Source: an uncultured candidate division Zixibacteria bacterium (GTDB taxonomy: Bacteria > Zixibacteria > MSB-5A5 > UBA10806 > 4484-95). Taken from it: DNA of 64,000 bases. Under the pieces are notes generated by a model. It was not told where the DNA came from. It worked only from the letters and a program-made list of their open reading frames with translations, and did no database searches. Each line of letters opens with the position of its first letter. Position 1 is the stretch's first letter. The DNA lies in NCBI GenBank assembly GCA_963668625.2, contig CAXXKA010000008.1, positions 32,001 through 96,000 on the forward strand, written 5' to 3'. The position numbers and the translations under genes are program-made. Shown one piece after another: positions 20,001 through 28,271 of this stretch.

Positions 20001-21100
20001 TCGCCACCGACATTACCCACGAAACATAAACCGGTATTCACACCATAGCGATGCTGTACCGGGTGCGCCAAATCCTGGTTCAGCTTTTTCAATGCGAACT
20101 CTATCTCGAGTATCGCCTTCAGGCAATTTTCGGCATCTTTGCCGGTGCTTAAAGGCGCGCCGAAAAAGATTAACATCTTCTCCGAGGAACCGCTCGAGTC
20201 CAATCGGGCAAACGCCCCGCCGTGCCTTTCGATAATATCGTTGATCACCGTAAAATACCTGTTTATCGGCTCTATGGATTTCTCCAGATCGGCCTCCAGG
20301 TTTTTACGAAGGGAGTTAACCCCGATGAAAAGGTTGGTCAGTACGCGATGTTCTCCCTCTATGCTACCATCGCTAAAATGAAGTTGATTTTCCAAACCGC
20401 TTACCAGAAAATCCCTGACCGTTTCTGATTCCTGTTTTCTCAGGTCATTCCCCCTTGAAGACTCATCAATACCGGGCACATCATCGAAATTATCGAAAAC
20501 ATAGCAATCATCTTTCAATCTTGATATATCCGCGAGACCGAGCTTAGAAGCGGCGCTTTCGGTTAAGGCCAGCTCTCCTAGTTCTGCAACATCCGCGGCC
20601 GCGTAACAGTTTTCGACCGTTTCGCCGCAGAAAAGATGTTCACGGCGTTTTTCGCCAAGCTGCAAGTTGTATATTTCGCCGTCACTGATACCGGTATGAA
20701 TCCCCAGCGAGAATTTGCCGACCGGCGTCGTTATCTGCCCGTTCTCCGATATCCATTTTATCAGGTTACCGGCGCAATCGTAGGCTCTATTGATTGAATC
20801 ATCCCCGGAGAAATATGCCAGGAAAGCATCGCCGCCAAACTTGATAACATCCCCATCCAACGCGAATACACGCCCCAGGAGTGAATTGAAGCAGGCGTTC
20901 ATTATCTCGGCCAGTTTCTCGCCACCCAACCGTCCCAGCGAGGCCAATTTCTCCGACATCGCGGTGAAACCCGAGAGATCGGCAAACAGCAAACTGCCGG
21001 AAATAATCGTATCCTGCTTTCTCTTGCCATCCTCGACAGTATGGTTTAACAGGAGATCAGGAATATAGGGCTTGATGAATTCCAACGACGCTTTGTTCAT
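17036..21100 (-). CDS. Class III tandem nucleotide cyclase (soluble adenylyl cyclase-like C1+C2) fused to STAND ATPase and TPR repeats
   Basis: C1 FADLSGFT and KFGGDAF; C2 EYTAMGDAINLAARL; Walker A GEPGAGKS, Walker B IVEDVQWID, GGNPFYLEE, FKHIL; C-terminal NNLG-type TPRs. Confidence 0.9.
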   Translation of the reverse strand: MNKASLEFIKPYIPDLLLNHTVEDGKRKQDTIISGSLLFADLSGFTAMSEKLASLGRLGGEKLAEIMNACFNSLLGRVFALDGDVIKFGGDAFLAYFSGDDSINRAYDCAGNLIKWISENGQITTPVGKFSLGIHTGISDGEIYNLQLGEKRREHLFCGETVENCYAAADVAELGELALTESAASKLGLADISRLKDDCYVFDNFDDVPGIDESSRGNDLRKQESETVRDFLVSGLENQLHFSDGSIEGEHRVLTNLFIGVNSLRKNLEADLEKSIEPINRYFTVINDIIERHGGAFARLDSSGSSEKMLIFFGAPLSTGKDAENCLKAILEIEFALKKLNQDLAHPVQHRYGVNTGLCFVGNVGGESRHEYTAMGDAINLAARLMGKAAYGDSIVGEDTLKVCGENFVTRQGDTVMVKGKEKPIQLNYLVKEKTQSSSVGELIIGREDELERAKAFIESVNSGKRSALLISGEPGAGKSLITGRIKRMIVDSGSRYIEGDCFRHSQSTPFIPLKSILLGALGLDSRSTQKSKRQALAESLKDISENEWLPLIAPLLDFFPTVPPQLRNLPEDIKRKKINDIVINILCRESDKSRMILIVEDVQWIDEASLTIIKELLESGYSPGIMFISRPGKVFDFLKEHKRTESIELKGLTPENSRKLFITILDGLVPNEENIKNVIEKSGGNPFYLEEMAKAYLELGADKFSSGENIPTGIESVITARIDNLGEMVKKTVRTASVIGRVFAYNVLKDVFPDSNRKRKLRDYLDELTHLDLTPVERTQPVVEYIFKHILTQEVAYNGLSFSSRQILHLKTAEFFAGRKRYVKRDPELPGRHYLLAGKPEKALPYLFLAGEKAASEFANAEALGFFAKTIEIAEDLDNKEYLIKAIRSRGELAKHISEYKQSESDYERLIELSGDDAKLRALALMKISELNRLTSNYDKALTAIENLEGILPDDLEIQVFCLNGRGEITRRGGKLQDCRTYLLKALDICENYDINPELTAIVYNNLGICHWGLGKMQESAEYYTRALKLYRKLKDLSGQSKVTNNLGIISDEMGKLHQAEKSYEKAERIFKRIGAARMRASACANLGTNLLTRGFLAQAEKRLEDAKEIFEKIGDHHSLAFTYGDLGNLYYRMGDSEKASGYLTEAFNRAQDLKDDEFILESKIRLLRMAYFSGQPSNEDLDVLISDARAIGSTELEIKTMIYSGMIAFFNGDVELAIEIIRKIKKNDSLSDYPELDIELGKFEIAYWLIKGEMKKTVNLANAYLRKAIKSDQAILAIELFTLLNSAGLCESVSPKLSGKVKIYFERIKAELGDDKFRIFTAYHKRLQEVLISYRNHIMNTHKSEKISERIR

Positions 21101-21109
21101 AATCGTTTA

Positions 21110-21454
21110 TCAATAAATAAATATTCGATACACGTATAAAATTGCCAGATGTAAAAATTGATCGATATAATACATCTGTTTGGAACCGTTGGCATAACGG
21201 CTCTTAAAGAAATCCTGAAGCCAGTGCTGGATGTAAAGTCCTACGAGAAACATAAAAGTAGCGGTTCTTAAAAATAATCCCGGCTCGTAAAGAAATGAGT
21301 GAAAGATCATGAATATCCAGATAGTCAGGATATAAACAAGAACATGATACGAAAGTACACCTCTGGATGAGCCTTTATTAGCCGCCATATAATCGGTCTG
21401 GAAAGCATAATCACCGGCAATGTGACCCAGTATAAGAAAAAATAGTATGTCCAT
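21110..21454 (-). CDS. DUF3307 family membrane protein (start revised to ATG 21454)
   Basis: GHIAGDYAFQ, YH, HWLQD, DQFLH motifs in hydrophobic helices. Confidence 0.8.
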   Translation of the reverse strand: MDILFFLILGHIAGDYAFQTDYMAANKGSSRGVLSYHVLVYILTIWIFMIFHSFLYEPGLFLRTATFMFLVGLYIQHWLQDFFKSRYANGSKQMYYIDQFLHLAILYVYRIFIY

Positions 21455-21458
21455 AGTG

Positions 21459-23072
21459 CTAAGCGTATTGCAGCATGCTGCTATCGGGTTTGACCGGGAA
21501 CGATATCGTGAACATCGCGCCGCCATCCGGGAGGTTGGCAGCCTCGACCCTGCCGCCATGGCTTTTGATTACACGCTTCACCGCCAGAAGTCCGAAACCG
21601 TGCCCTCTCTCCTTGGTGGTAAAATGCTGTTTAAACACCCTGTCATAGCTGTCCTGGTTCAAACCTACTCCGTTATCGATCACCGATATAGCCACTGTCT
21701 TGGTTTCATCATCGTATTTAGTCCGTATCGTTATCGTCCTATCACCCTCATTAGCCGAGGTCGCATCGGCGGCGTTGTTCAGAAGGTTCAACAGCGCCTG
21801 CTGTATCTGGCTCTTATCGGCCGTGACTATCGGCAAATTCTCCTGGAATTCGCATTTGAATTCGACTTCATCGAAACGATTTTGCGGTTTGATAAAGAAC
21901 AGCTCGTTATCGAGGAAATTGTGAAGATCGAATTCCTCTTTCTTACTGGCGGGGCGGGAATACATCATCAAACCGTCGGTGAATCTCGTAATTTTATCAA
22001 GACCGTTTTTCATGGACTCTATCTTAGCCTCAGCCTTATCGGTTTTGCCTATGTTAAGCTCCATTTGCAGTAGTTCCAGGTTACCCAGTACGATAGACAA
22101 GTAGTTGTTCAACTCATGTGCAATCTCGGCCGCCATCTCACCACGAGTAGCCATTCGCTCCAGGAGTATCATCTGGCGCTCTACATTCTTCTCCTCTGTG
22201 ACATCCCGGCCCATGTAAAGTGTTGCGAATATCTCGTTCTGGTCATCGAATACCCTGGCGCCTACGAGTTCCACGAACAGTTTGCTGCCGTCCGACCTTT
22301 GGGTAAGGATATCTCCCGCCCAGGTATCGCCCATGGCAATCGATTTCTCCATGTCCTCTAGCAATTCCTGATGAATAGAATTGGCGAACAGGGCGTCCAC
22401 CGGCTTCCCGGCCACATCCTTGAACTGCCTGCCGAACACTCCACGCGCGGCCTCGTTGAATATGAAAATGCGACCGTTCTTATCGGTGACTATTATGAAA
22501 AATGTCGAGGCCGAAATAATCTTTTCTAAAAATTTATTGGCCGAAAGAAGGCTCTGGTTGGAGCTTTCGAGTTTATCCGCAGTCTCTTTCAATTGCATGT
22601 TGGTCGTTTCGAGTTGCTTGTTTTTCTGCTCCAGGTCGTGAATCATCTGCAGATCTGATTGACGAAGCCGCGAGGACATCACGCCTAAAACATCCAGGGC
22701 AATTTGTGGATTTTTCAATATAAGTTCATTGAATTTAGCTCGCGAAAGTTCAAGCACTACACATTTGCCGACCGCCTTGGCGCTGGCAAATCGTGGTGAA
22801 TCCTCCAAAAGAGACATCTCGCCGAAAAAATCCCCCTGACTACGCATCGCCAGGCGAACCTGTTTGCCCGACTCATCCTCGGATTTTAAAATCTCGATCT
22901 GACCGGATTTGATTATATATATACTTGTCCCAGTATCACCCTCTTTAAACAGAATCTCGCCATCCGACAGATTCAGTTCCTGCACTGCATCCCCAAGGGA
23001 ATTAAAGATATCCTCGGAAATTCCGGTAAAGAGTGGTACTTTTTTTAGAAGAATCTTTGTAGTTTCAGTCAT
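21459..23072 (-). CDS. Cyclic-nucleotide-binding domain + PAS + NtrB-like histidine kinase (start taken as ATG 23072; ORF track starts at 23114)
   Basis: cNMP domain FKEGD...IKSG...GDFFGEMSLLEDSPRFASA; H-box AHELNNYL; NLLNNAADA, DNGVG, GHGFGL; no TM. Confidence 0.9.
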   Translation of the reverse strand: MTETTKILLKKVPLFTGISEDIFNSLGDAVQELNLSDGEILFKEGDTGTSIYIIKSGQIEILKSEDESGKQVRLAMRSQGDFFGEMSLLEDSPRFASAKAVGKCVVLELSRAKFNELILKNPQIALDVLGVMSSRLRQSDLQMIHDLEQKNKQLETTNMQLKETADKLESSNQSLLSANKFLEKIISASTFFIIVTDKNGRIFIFNEAARGVFGRQFKDVAGKPVDALFANSIHQELLEDMEKSIAMGDTWAGDILTQRSDGSKLFVELVGARVFDDQNEIFATLYMGRDVTEEKNVERQMILLERMATRGEMAAEIAHELNNYLSIVLGNLELLQMELNIGKTDKAEAKIESMKNGLDKITRFTDGLMMYSRPASKKEEFDLHNFLDNELFFIKPQNRFDEVEFKCEFQENLPIVTADKSQIQQALLNLLNNAADATSANEGDRTITIRTKYDDETKTVAISVIDNGVGLNQDSYDRVFKQHFTTKERGHGFGLLAVKRVIKSHGGRVEAANLPDGGAMFTISFPVKPDSSMLQYA

Positions 23073-23216
23073 AAACAATGCTCCAACAGTTAAATTATCG
23101 ACAAGATCGGACATTGATTAAGCTTTCGGAGCAAAAGAGTTGCATGAATTTGTTGACAGGAAGATAAATATGGAACATTTTGAAACTGCCGGGAGTTGTT
23201 TCCCCATTGAGGAGAT

Positions 23217-23411
23217 ATGCAAATGAGTTTTAAGGAAAAATTTAAGCGCAATATACCCCGGGCGATAATAGGAATAGTAATAGGCGCCGCCGCAGGATTC
23301 GCCATGAGTTATATGTCCCAGAGTATGGGGTCACAGTGCACTATCATGTGTAACTGGCCTATCGCGATGGCGTACATGGGGTTTGTGGGTTTAATAGTAG
23401 CTGTTAAATGA
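23217..23411 (+). CDS. Small two-TM membrane protein with two Cys in the loop (DUF6132-like)
   Basis: IGIVIGAAAGF...QCTIMCNWP...YMGFVGL; RBS GAGGAG. Confidence 0.6.
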   Translation: MQMSFKEKFKRNIPRAIIGIVIGAAAGFAMSYMSQSMGSQCTIMCNWPIAMAYMGFVGLIVAVK

Positions 23412-23421
23412 GGAGTGTTGG

Positions 23422-23616
23422 ATGCCAATTTATGAATATAAGTGCTTGAACTGCAACGTGATATTTGAGGAACTGCGACCGGTTAACGATACTTCCGTAA
23501 TTATTTGCGGTAATTGCGGCAGTGATAACGTAGTTAAACAGTTCTCCGCTTTCGCCAGCAATGGCGGTGGATCACCATCGCAAACACCGAGTTGCGGAAG
23601 CGGCGGCTTTTCCTGA
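23422..23616 (+). CDS. FmdB family zinc-ribbon protein (may read through to 23622 via Sec)
   Basis: MPIYEYKCxxC...FEEL...CxxCGS; RBS AGGAG. Confidence 0.9.
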   Translation: MPIYEYKCLNCNVIFEELRPVNDTSVIICGNCGSDNVVKQFSAFASNGGGSPSQTPSCGSGGFS

Positions 23617-23652
23617 GGCTAAAAACCAATCAAGTCCGGTTCGGACAGAGAT

Positions 23653-23690
23653 AAAAAAAACGGGATTCAAGTAGAAAACCGTTTTTTTTT
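23653..23690. terminator. Probable intrinsic terminator with A and T tracts
   Basis: AAAAAAAACGG...CCGTTTTTTTTT downstream of the FmdB gene. Confidence 0.55.
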
Positions 23691-23943
23691 GGCTATCCCG
23701 GTATATCTGCTTTACCTCTGGTTCCAAGGCCTTCCTTCGGAGCGGCTTACCTGCCCCGGCAGATATGTATAATTCTGCCGCTTTTAGCAGCATTACCAAG
23801 TAGCGCTTCGTAATCAGGGGACTACTACCTATCCTTGTTAATCCATTTCTCCTTTTAAAAAACAAAAATCTTTACACCCAAGCGCTTTATATGTATTTTC
23901 ATAAGCCGATATCATTAATGGTAATATGCAGACAGGATAATAA

Positions 23944-24621
23944 ATGTCATTTAAAATTGATTTTCACGTACACACTTATCACTCTTATGATTCGATAAAT
24001 AAACCCGTCGATATTATAAAAAAGGCCCGAAAACGTGGCCTGGATGCTATCGTAGTGGTCGATCACGAGACAATCAAGGGCGGGCAGGAAACCGCTCGTC
24101 TCGATAGCGGCGAGATACTGATAATACCATCGGTGGAAATTAACACCGATATCGGCGATATAGTCGGTCTCTGGGTACATGAGGAAATAGAAACCCGCGA
24201 ATACCATGAGGTGATCGAGGCAATACACAACCAGGGTGGTATCGCTACCTTGCCGCATCCCTATCATAAACATAACTTGCCCGATGATATTTGTGAATAT
24301 GTCGACCTGGTGGAAATCAATAACGCCCGGGCTATGGCCGACCGCAATAAGCTGGCGCACGAGTTGGCGGAGCGCCATAATATGCCAACCTGTTCGGGCA
24401 GTGATGCCCATTTCGGGTGGGAGATCGGCAACGCTTACACCGAATTCGAGGATACGCCCGGCTCGCGGGATGAACTTAAAAAGATATTAATAAACGGCAA
24501 ACGAACCAATCATATAACTTATTCGAGCCCAATCGGAATAATTTGCGGACAACTATTGAAATACTGGCGACGACCTGATTTGCTGTTAAAACGCCTGGAA
24601 AAACTCGGCAAAAAGAAATAA
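23944..24621 (+). CDS. PHP-domain metal-dependent phosphoesterase
   Basis: DFHVHT, VVDH, HPY, GSDAH. Confidence 0.88.
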   Translation: MSFKIDFHVHTYHSYDSINKPVDIIKKARKRGLDAIVVVDHETIKGGQETARLDSGEILIIPSVEINTDIGDIVGLWVHEEIETREYHEVIEAIHNQGGIATLPHPYHKHNLPDDICEYVDLVEINNARAMADRNKLAHELAERHNMPTCSGSDAHFGWEIGNAYTEFEDTPGSRDELKKILINGKRTNHITYSSPIGIICGQLLKYWRRPDLLLKRLEKLGKKK

Positions 24622-24629
24622 ATACTGAT

Positions 24630-25847
24630 ATGAAAATATTTCTTACGGATGGCGATGCTCTTCACTGCCTGGCGATAGCCCGTATGCTGGGTAAAAAGGG
24701 ATTTGACCTGACTATCGGCTCGCAACGCAATATCGGCTCGGTGGCTTTTGCCTCTAAATATTGCAATCGCAAAGTGATCTATCCCAACCCCGGTAAGTAT
24801 CCCGATAAGTTCCGTGATTTTCTGTTCGATTACCTGGGAAAAAATAAACACGACATACTCCTGCCGCTTCGCTCCACCGTAGTCCCGGTTATTTCCGATA
24901 ATCGTGATGAACTAGCCAGGTTGGCTGCCTTCGTCATGCCGGAAAAACGTATGCTGGAAATCGCCTTGAGTAAGTCCGAGACATTCAAAGCGGCAGGCGA
25001 AACCGGGGTGACTATACCGGCCACCAGTTATCCGAAAAATATGAGCGATGTCGACAAGTTCGCGCAATCATGCGATTTCCCGGTGGTCAGTAAAACATCA
25101 TACGGCGCAGGTTCGCGCGGGGTGTTTTACCATGATGACCCCGATGCCTTGCGCCGCTATTGCAAGAGCTATCTAGAGGGGCCGGAGGCTCAGTCGAACC
25201 CGCTGATACTGCAGGAATTCATCATCGGACCCGGCTGCGGTTTCTTCGGGCTGTTCGATCACGGCCGGATCAAGACTTATTTCATGCATCGCCGTATACG
25301 CGAGTACCCCATAACCGGCGGGCCCTCGGTGATGGCTGAAAGTTTCTACAACGAGTCATTGATGGAGGATTCTATCCGCTTGATGCAGCACCTTAACTGG
25401 CACGGTATATGTATGGTGGAATACAAATACTCGAAAGCCAAAGACAAGTTCGTCCTGATGGAAATCAATCCCAAGTTCTGGGGATCATCCGATCTTTCCA
25501 TACACTGCGGTATCGAATTCGCCAACAACTGGATTCAACTGGCGCTGGGAGAGCCTATACCCGAGTTTAAAGGCTATCGGGTAGGCAAGCGTTTCAGATG
25601 GTTATTCCCGGGCGATTTCATGAACCTTCTGGCGAACTATGGCTTGAATCCCTCCTGGTACGCCTCGTTTTTCGATAGCCGGGTAAGCACAGATATCAAG
25701 CTCTGGGATATCAAACCATTGTTTACCGAACTGATGCTTATAGGCGGCTATTTCATTTTATTCGGCCCGCACATCCGTTATCCGTTCGGCAAAATCCCAC
25801 TGGTGAAAGATATCGATATCCCGCTGGATAAACCGCCATGGGGATAA
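24630..25847 (+). CDS. ATP-grasp carboxylate-amine ligase (polysaccharide-associated type)
   Basis: SKTSYGAGSRGV, LQEFIIG, MVEYK, MEINPKFWGS. Confidence 0.85.
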   Translation: MKIFLTDGDALHCLAIARMLGKKGFDLTIGSQRNIGSVAFASKYCNRKVIYPNPGKYPDKFRDFLFDYLGKNKHDILLPLRSTVVPVISDNRDELARLAAFVMPEKRMLEIALSKSETFKAAGETGVTIPATSYPKNMSDVDKFAQSCDFPVVSKTSYGAGSRGVFYHDDPDALRRYCKSYLEGPEAQSNPLILQEFIIGPGCGFFGLFDHGRIKTYFMHRRIREYPITGGPSVMAESFYNESLMEDSIRLMQHLNWHGICMVEYKYSKAKDKFVLMEINPKFWGSSDLSIHCGIEFANNWIQLALGEPIPEFKGYRVGKRFRWLFPGDFMNLLANYGLNPSWYASFFDSRVSTDIKLWDIKPLFTELMLIGGYFILFGPHIRYPFGKIPLVKDIDIPLDKPPWG

Positions 25848-25934
25848 AATACTCCAAATGAATCGTATAATTCAAAATATCCGATCATTGAAACTTATAA
25901 CATTCTTAAAATAAGTATCAGTTTATCAACAGCG

Positions 25935-26234
25935 TTATTTATTCCGCCATTTTCTGGATAACCCACCCCACACCGATAGCAGCAGACTGGCTAATCCGAT
26001 TAACATAGCTGTGCCCATTTTCGCATAATGCTCTACGATGGTCTGAATTAATACTCTATCCATTCCATACATGGCTAGAACTGTAGCGCATATCGCTATA
26101 ACAACTCCAAGCCTTCGTGGAAACAAGCCCATCCTAACCAGTGACGTATGTACCATACTAAAAATTATTATAGCAATAGCAGCCGCTGGTATAAAAATCC
26201 AAGGATCCTGATAGCGCACTAATGCTTGATCCAT
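25935..26234 (-). CDS. Small 3-TM hypothetical membrane protein
   Basis: Three hydrophobic segments; directly downstream of the 26240 gene. Confidence 0.55.
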   Translation of the reverse strand: MDQALVRYQDPWIFIPAAAIAIIIFSMVHTSLVRMGLFPRRLGVVIAICATVLAMYGMDRVLIQTIVEHYAKMGTAMLIGLASLLLSVWGGLSRKWRNK

Positions 26235-26239
26235 AAATA

Positions 26240-28018
26240 TCAATTTCCGCTAATCGTAACAGCATCCCTCACAGCATCCTCGCCCCCTATGGCTGTGATA
26301 AACGCCCAGGCAGCGGCATCCCCCATCGAGTTATCCGTAATCTGCGCCAGCCCGTTTATGGCATATCCGGTGGTTGCGCTTATATCCAAGTTGTGAAGGC
26401 CGGTGATATCGGTCAACCTGGTGTTGCCTCTTATCCACAGATGTCCATATCCCAGTTCCAGCCCTATCTCGCTCAGATGACTTAAGCCATCGATATTTTC
26501 CAGGTACCAGTTGTTGTGGATATCAAGGCTGCCGCCCATGTATGTCAGACCGCTAAGATCATCCAGATCGGTAAGGGCATGGTTTTGAAGCAGCCGTACA
26601 TTGCCATGCACATAATAGAGACTGCTTAAGGCCGAAATATCGTGAAGAGCATGGCAGTCCTCTATATAGAGATACTTACAACTGGTTATATGAGCCAGGC
26701 CGTTTAATGTCTGCAATTCGGGATTATACCACAGCGATATACCGCCTTCAACGATGCCAAGGCCATTTAAACCCTGCAGCGAGGATAGCCGGGTGTTATA
26801 CTGAATCGAGATACCTTCATCACCGACTACAGCGAGGTGTTCAAGATGCTCCAGAGTGGTCAGCGTATCGTTGTAGACAATATCAAGCCCGCCTACCCGG
26901 ACGACATTCAGGCCATCCAGAGTGAGTAGAGCGTCATTGTTGTTTATCTCCAGTTCGCCAACAACTGTGGTAATTCCCTCTAGGCCATTCAAGCTGGTGA
27001 GGTTTCCACAGGCTCCTACATTCACGTAGTCAACCACGCCGCCGATACCCTCCAGGCCCGTAAGCGAGTACAGCCCCGAACAACTGTAGATATCAACCGC
27101 GCCGGCCGAGGCAATTCCATTAAGCCCGCTAAAATTAATAAGAGAACTTAAATACTGTGCTTTAAAAATCCCACCAATCGAAACGAAATTCGGAAATACA
27201 AAACTTTGAACGGAATCACCTCGAATATCAAAATCCCCACCTACGACCTCAAGTGATGGAAACTCAATCACAGGCATAAAGTCATCGTAAATTGAAAAAT
27301 CCCCATTGACAGTTTTCAACTCGGACAGCCCATCACCGAAATCAAGCGATGAATTACCCTCGCTGTAATCAATCAACAAGCTACCGCCGATCCATTCGAG
27401 ATTGTTCAGGCCGGTTAAATCGGTAAGCATATAGTTAGGATTAATTGTTAAATCACCGGTAATCCCGGTGTACTGGGAATACGTGCCGATATCGCCGGTC
27501 GAGTCAATTGTGACATCGCCATTATAAATAGTACCACTGTGTCCTACTATGCCGTAACTGGAGAAACCGCTAATCTGGCAGGTAACGAACGAGGAATCCT
27601 CGATTACCGCATAGGGAATTATCGGCTGCCAGGAGTTCTCCACCGCCTTGTGTATGCCCAGCGTAGCCTCATCAACACCATCGGGGACATTATTTATATC
27701 GTAGCGAATAATTAAAGTAACAGGCAGGCTAAATATCATATCATCGGGGCCGAACTGATAGCAAGTACTCGATACCAGTCCCGGATCGTCGGGGTGATTA
27801 CTTTCCACACCAATCGTGATAGTAGTATCGCTATCAACAGCATCGGCCGGGATAATAAGAGTTATTACTGTATCAGCCGTGGTAAACGTACCACCCGCGG
27901 ATGTTATAGTAAATGATTCGAGATTCTCCTCCGGCGAGGTGGAATCGCTGCCGCAACCCACGATTATAAATGCCATACTCAGGATTAACATTAATAAAAT
28001 CACAAAACACTTATTCAT
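26240..28018 (-). CDS. Lipoprotein with ZU5-like domain followed by receptor-L/LRR-like repeats
   Basis: RBS GGAGAGG before ATG 28018, lipobox IVGC, FGPDDMIFSLPVTL...GFSSY, many LxxLxGLxxxxxVxGxLxIxxN repeats. Confidence 0.8.
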   Translation of the reverse strand: MNKCFVILLMLILSMAFIIVGCGSDSTSPEENLESFTITSAGGTFTTADTVITLIIPADAVDSDTTITIGVESNHPDDPGLVSSTCYQFGPDDMIFSLPVTLIIRYDINNVPDGVDEATLGIHKAVENSWQPIIPYAVIEDSSFVTCQISGFSSYGIVGHSGTIYNGDVTIDSTGDIGTYSQYTGITGDLTINPNYMLTDLTGLNNLEWIGGSLLIDYSEGNSSLDFGDGLSELKTVNGDFSIYDDFMPVIEFPSLEVVGGDFDIRGDSVQSFVFPNFVSIGGIFKAQYLSSLINFSGLNGIASAGAVDIYSCSGLYSLTGLEGIGGVVDYVNVGACGNLTSLNGLEGITTVVGELEINNNDALLTLDGLNVVRVGGLDIVYNDTLTTLEHLEHLAVVGDEGISIQYNTRLSSLQGLNGLGIVEGGISLWYNPELQTLNGLAHITSCKYLYIEDCHALHDISALSSLYYVHGNVRLLQNHALTDLDDLSGLTYMGGSLDIHNNWYLENIDGLSHLSEIGLELGYGHLWIRGNTRLTDITGLHNLDISATTGYAINGLAQITDNSMGDAAAWAFITAIGGEDAVRDAVTISGN

Positions 28019-28271
28019 ATTCCTCTCCAAAATTATATGGCGAATCGCCACGTGAATTAGCAGGGTTCATAGGAGCCCGTATTTTAAATATTAATAAAGT
28101 AAAAATTGAGGTTTGATGTCAATACAATTCAGTTTATTAGATGTATAATAATTGTATGGTAGAACGGAAGTTAATCTGAGCTATACAGCTATAATCTCCT
28201 AAACAAAAATAGAATTAAATATTTTAAATAATATGTTAACATTATGGGAAAATTAAATAGCCCGTTCAGCT

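Noticed and set aside
21447-22073. 208-aa plus-strand ORF
   Set aside because: Antisense shadow of the HATPase coding region
17036-23072. Calling the cyclase module CBASS, Pycsar or Avs, or a RecBCD guard
   Set aside because: No CD-NTase, no recognised killing effector and no defence-island context; proximity to recBCD alone is not evidence
23572-23865. 97-aa minus-strand ORF; also a possible SRP RNA because of TCCGAAGGAAG
   Set aside because: The ORF crosses a terminator and overlaps FmdB; the SRP CAGG/AGCA internal loop is absent
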